Positions 59,443 through 64,000 of a stretch of 64,000 nt of DNA are shown one piece after another. The position numbers were made by a program, and so were the translations under genes. The stretch spans positions 4,960,001 through 5,024,000 of the forward strand of contig CM035358.1 of NCBI GenBank assembly GCA_020137815.1, given 5' to 3'. Numbering within the stretch: position 1 is the stretch's first letter; each line of letters starts with the position of its first letter. Under the pieces are notes generated by a model that had not been told where the DNA came from, did not search any database, and was given only the letters and a program-made list of their open reading frames with translations. This DNA is from Hormiphora californensis. Its lineage: Eukaryota > Animalia > Ctenophora.

Positions 59443-61686
59443 ATGATTCCAGTATTGATCTTGATTTACTTTACAAGTCTTTCAAACCAGGTACGGGGTT
59501 TCTAGGGGTAACTAAGGGTACCTAATGGTTTCTAGGGGTAACTAGTGGCGTGGTTTCTAGAGGTAACCTTACTTAATAGTAACTATCAAAACTTAAAACT
59601 AAGCTCTGTTTTGTAGAAATGTGGAGTTCATCTAACCGTCTATTGGGACAGATACTTTGCACCTTTCACAACTAAATCCTCCCTGCAGGTCAGTGCCGGA
59701 GGGAGGCTCTACTTTGGGTTGAATTTCTTTAACAGCGGTACCTGTGGGACGGGAGGCAGGAAAATCCGTCCAACTTGCAGCTACTTTTTCACCCTAACCC
59801 TCCAACCTTCCAACAAAATCATCCAGCTTGATCCCTTTGGGGCACCACACGGCTCGGTGAGATTTATCCAAAGTGAGAGGGAGGATGATTTCGTTCTAGG
59901 GCCGCATCTACCAAACCCATTCCCAGTCAGCCCATCAAATGAAACCAGTGACACTATCATTAGCGTCAATATCAGAGTTCGAAATGAGTTGAAATGGGTA
60001 GCGTTTGATGCCACAAAAACGTTCAACACAAGTGATATGGTGGAGAGTGAAGACGTCCTCATTTACAGCGATGGAGGATTGTTCACGGGTTCTGCCGAGT
60101 GGAGGTGTGATCGAGGCTTCACGGGCCAGCAGTGTGATCAGTGCATAGAGGGGTTTGCGGGTCCAGCTTGTAATTGTACGTTGACAGGGTTGAATGATAT
60201 TTGTGATCCCTTGACGGGGGTCAAGTCGTGTAAACCCGGGTTTTATGGTGAGGGATGTGAGGTTTTTTGTGCCACTGATGATGAAACCAGGTACAGCTGT
60301 ACTAAATTTGGTAACAAACTTTGTAAATACCCGTTCATTGGAACCAACTGTTCCACTGTGTCGTCCTGTACGGAGAATCTATTCGGACAAGATTGCACCA
60401 TCTCCTGCACTCCCATTCCGGGCCAGAAACTGTGTGACACTAATGGTGAAGCTGTTTGTGAGGGTCACTACGGTGGTCCGAACTGCACCGACTGCGAGGA
60501 AGGCTACTATGGTGCTGACTGTACACATTTCTGTAAACCACAACCTAATGATCCACAGTATAAGTGTGGTCCTGACGGAGGGAAGGTCTGTGTAGGGAAC
60601 TGGACGGGGGAGGAATGTGATCGGTGTATCCCTAACCACTTCCCACCTAGTTGCAACGCATGGTGTATAGAGACAGAAGCCTACACGTGTGATGGACCTG
60701 ATAGGATCTGCAACTCGGGATGGTACCCCAAATTGGAGTGTGATGTGGCATGTAACTCAACTAGAGCATGGGACTGTAACAAAGAGACTGGCAGGAAGAT
60801 CTGCCTTGAAAACAGGGCAGGGAAGAACTGTGATGGCTGTGTGCCTCCATACACCAAAGATTCCAAGACTGGAGAATGTAAGAAGTGCACTGTACCAGGT
60901 AGAACGTGGTCCTGTCAAAATGGGACCAAGGTATGTAATCCCAATTACTATGGAAAGGGCTGCACAGAGTTTTGTGAGCCCTCCAACCGGATTCAAGAGT
61001 GCATACCGACCCTACATGGGGTGGACCGGGTCTGTACCGCTAATTGGACCGGTATTGATTGTGTTAACTGCATCCCCCAGCACTACGGCCCGGACTGTAA
61101 TGTGAAGTGTGTGGGGACTGAGTTCACTGAATGCAATGAAGATGGCAGTCTGTCTTGTAAGGCTGGCTTCTACAACTTGCCAGATTGTACGGTGTTCTGC
61201 GACGCCACCTCCAAATTCTACACCTGCACTGCATCAGGAGTTAAGCAGTGCATTGGGAACAGAGATGTAGCGACAGACTGTAAGATTTGTCTACCACATT
61301 ATTATGGTGAGCAGTGTGATAAACATTGTTATGAGCCGGGGTTAAGATTCGTTTGTAACACTACAACGGGAAACAGGGAGTGTAGGAAAGGTTTTATTGG
61401 CCCCGACTGTGATGCCTGTGCACCGGACTACTATGGGACGTGGTGCCCGAAGAACAAGCCTTGTGTACTAATGTGCAACCAGAAATGTGTGAACACTGTC
61501 AACTACACGTGCAATTTACAGGGTGTTTTGGAAATGAACGCAGATTTTAGTCGAACGCTTTACAACGAAGCCGAAAGGTTTATACCAGAATTAATTATTG
61601 TGGCGACAACTTTTACAGGAGCTTTTATCATTATGGGCTTCTGTTTTATACATTCACGCCTTGAGAAAAAGATTGAAGATGACTGA
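59443..61686 (+). CDS. Type I membrane protein (~681 aa): signal peptide, MNNL/C2-like N-terminus, ~11-12 tandem DSL-like modules, TM helix, 11-aa tail (Delta-like)
   Basis: Exon 59443-59490 (MIPVLILIYFTSLSNQ) plus exon 59689-61686. Modules such as CEEGYYGADCTHFCKPQPNDPQYKCGPDGGKVCVGNWTGEEC fit the DSL spacing; TM LIIVATTFTGAFIIMGFCFI; tail HSRLEKKIEDD. Confidence 0.85.
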
Positions 61687-62513
61687 ACAGTGAACACTAT
61701 ATCATTCAAAAATCGTGTGATTACGGCCTACGGGATTGAATGCTTTTTTATCTTTTTACCAAATGTAACTTATAAATTTGATTAATTTAATTCACAACTA
61801 AATTAGTTTTTAAGTTTGAATAGTTACAACGGAAACCAGTGATAGAATGTGCTGACCAGAATGAGATCTGAATAAAAGGCAGAGGCAAAGGCCATGGCCA
61901 AAGAGAGCATCTTTCTAAGCCAAAAATGTGCCGGTCTGATATTTACGAGACTAATACTACGGGATTACAAAGTTGCACAAATGTAGAAGGATGGACTATG
62001 GAGCCTGGCCACTCGACATAAATTGGGCCCATCGGTGAGATCACCACCCTCCGGAGGGCCCCCCCCCCCATTTGGCGGAGAAAATAGGGTCACTTCCTGG
62101 CTAAATCTTCGATATTTCAATATAAAATTATCTAGACTGTCAAAAGGCCACGAAGAAATGGGAATGTTCGTCAGAACGGTTTCTAAACCTTTGTTTCCTG
62201 GACTTCGGAATTTTTTGCAAGTTCGACTTTAGCTTTTGCAAAGATTTTGAAAATTTGCACTGAATCTTTACTTGGTACGCGCAAAGAAAACCCGCGCGTA
62301 AGACGCGCAGCCAGAGTGCTAGCATCGCGCGTAATTCAACTTTCCTCGTTGAAATTCGTATGGACTTCGCGTCTTACAGACGGAAGGGAAGCGAAACCGG
62401 ATCGGAGCTGTAAGTTCCAGTTTCATTCTTACCAAATAAAAAAGACGGATTTCTCAAAATCAAATCTTTAAAATTATAGTACAAAAAAAAAAAAAACATA
62501 ATTTCACTGACAA

Positions 62514-62898
62514 CTACGAAAAGTTCTTTGACAGAAATCCATTTCCCATGTAAAACAAGATCGGTAGGAGGAGCATTCCTGTTGCCAGGGAAATTACAGG
62601 AATATACTCAACATCAGGATGACCACACTCAAACTTGACACTCCAAGCTTGGGCTGTGCTGTTCATACTGTCAGCTAAATCGGCACACGCATACCCTGAA
62701 GTAGAGGGAGGGGTGTTAAATTGAGTGAGACAGGTCGAAAATGGGTTCTGGGGTTGTAACTTTGGGTTAACTAGAAATCCTACCATCTTGTTGTAGATCC
62801 TTGAAGAGATTCAGAAGGGCTTCATAGGGATCTTTACACTCCCCACAAATGCTCCCGTGTTTCTTATTGTGGTCAAAGCACAGGTTAACCGTGTCAGT
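62514..62898 (-). CDS. OSTM1: Osteopetrosis-associated transmembrane protein 1, last two exons; gene continues past the right edge
   Basis: Exons 62898-~62784 and ~62695-62514: LCFDHN..ICGECKDPYEALLNLF..CADLADSMNSTAQAWSVKFEC..IPVISLATGMLLLPILFY, matching the OSTM1 CxxC..Y..L / CxDxxDxMNxTxxxWSxxFxC / LPxxFY pattern. Confidence 0.85.
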
Positions 62899-63251
62899 CT
62901 GAAGAGGGAGGGGGGTATTAGGGGAGTTATATTGTGAAAACTCAAATTGGGTATCTGGGATTTATTAAACTAGCACACCCATTGTGCATTGGGTGCGCCT
63001 CAAGTAAGTGCTTATTGATACACCAGATTAAATGGCGAAACCGGGAGATTCTTTTAACGTTAATAACACGGTTGCCATGGCAATTGAAGTGATAGGGAAA
63101 TGTAAAATGCCTTCGTTTAGAGATCCTGTCAGGTGACTTTCAATGTCACCCGTTTTCAACCAATAGGAGGTGGAGATGTGAAGTGTGAATGTAATGTGGA
63201 ATGGGAGGGGGTGGAGGTTTCGGATTTGATAAGATCTATTGGGTAATTTAA

Positions 63252-64000
63252 GGGTACGCTAACCAAAAATTTTTTTCGAGTGCAGGGAAATCTCTCACCG
63301 TAGGGTTGTAGGCCATGCCAAGGAGACCTCAAATATGCAATTTGAGCTCTCAAGTCGAATTCATATTTTTGCTACAGCTGCTTGAAAAATGAACTGAAAA
63401 TAAGTTTTTGGCATCTCAAAAAAATTTTTTTAAAGATAGGAGCATGAAAATTTGGGGATTTGAAGAGGACATGAAGGTGAATAACCACAAAAAATTTTTT
63501 TGCAATCCGAGCTGATTTCCGGTCCTGAGATGGATTTCTTTTTTTCCACTTTGACGCCCTATTTGGCAAAGTTCCGAAAACATGTGAAAGCTGTAAATTG
63601 GTAAAAAGTAGCGCCTAACGATTATCTAAGTGGCCATAAATTTTGGGCGTGTCCTTATTTGAGATAAGCTGTACAGAGTTTTTTTTGTGAAAGCCGTCAT
63701 TTCAGAAATAAATAAATTCCCTGTATCTCAAAAACGGTTGATCGTAGAGACCTGGGACTATGCTTAAACGATTCAGAAGTTCCGATTTTGGGGGGGTCTT
63801 CTGAGAGACATTTTGCTCCTACTTCAACCGTTTTTGCTGTAATTGCGAAAAACAAATTCTATGAAAAGGGCAAAAGCTAAACTCCAATATCCTGTAATTA
63901 GGGAATTTAAGCTAAGAAAGGACCGAAACTATGGAAAAATGTGTAACAAGCTAATTCCTTCACTATTTGGTCCATATGGGTCCCTATAATCACCAAAAAC
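63252..64000. mobile_element. Second copy of the Kolobok-like foldback element, truncated by the window edge
   Basis: ttaa|gggtacgctaacc..., highly similar to 42208-42957 including the spacer; in an OSTM1 intron. Confidence 0.92.

Noticed and set aside
59781-61105. Several overlapping ORFs in other frames of the DSL gene
   Set aside because: Alternative-frame and antisense shadows of the long cysteine-rich CDS.

Overview
This is intron-rich, gene-dense animal genomic DNA with GT-AG introns, many microsatellites and an intron-containing tRNA; it is not prokaryotic and contains no CRISPR array. My best guess for the source is a ctenophore such as Pleurobrachia, based on recollection of the 109-bp hAT MITE and overall style; this is unverified. 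Gene models reconstructed by hand, left to right: PCYT2 (5' part, -), an SREK1/SRSF11-type SR protein (-), RMDN1-like (-), a small PPxY two-helix membrane protein (+), PPP4R1 (-, ~20 exons, hosting an antisense tRNA-Tyr), intronless FNTB (-, two +1 frameshifts), a membrane-anchored JmjC oxygenase followed in frame by an aldo-keto reductase (+, separated by TAG-TGA) whose intron holds an antisense secreted pacifastin/VWC-like gene, two tandem highly divergent beta-tubulins (-) that both end in Tyr, a decayed L2/CR1-type LINE nested inside a TIR element, a type I membrane protein of ~11-12 tandem DSL-like modules (+), and the 3' end of OSTM1 (-). Introns carry many palindromic (foldback) non-autonomous DNA transposons whose termini and target-site duplications fit several superfamilies. 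The most notable patterns are the poly-DSL Delta-like protein, the JmjC-AKR junction, the Tyr-terminated beta-tubulin pair with two introns shifted by 8 nt, recurrent tandem duplications spanning splice junctions, and splice acceptors directly upstream of start codons in tightly packed co-oriented genes (candidate SL trans-spliced operons). Single-base indels in conserved genes suggest some consensus errors. All coordinates were read by eye and may be off by a few bases.
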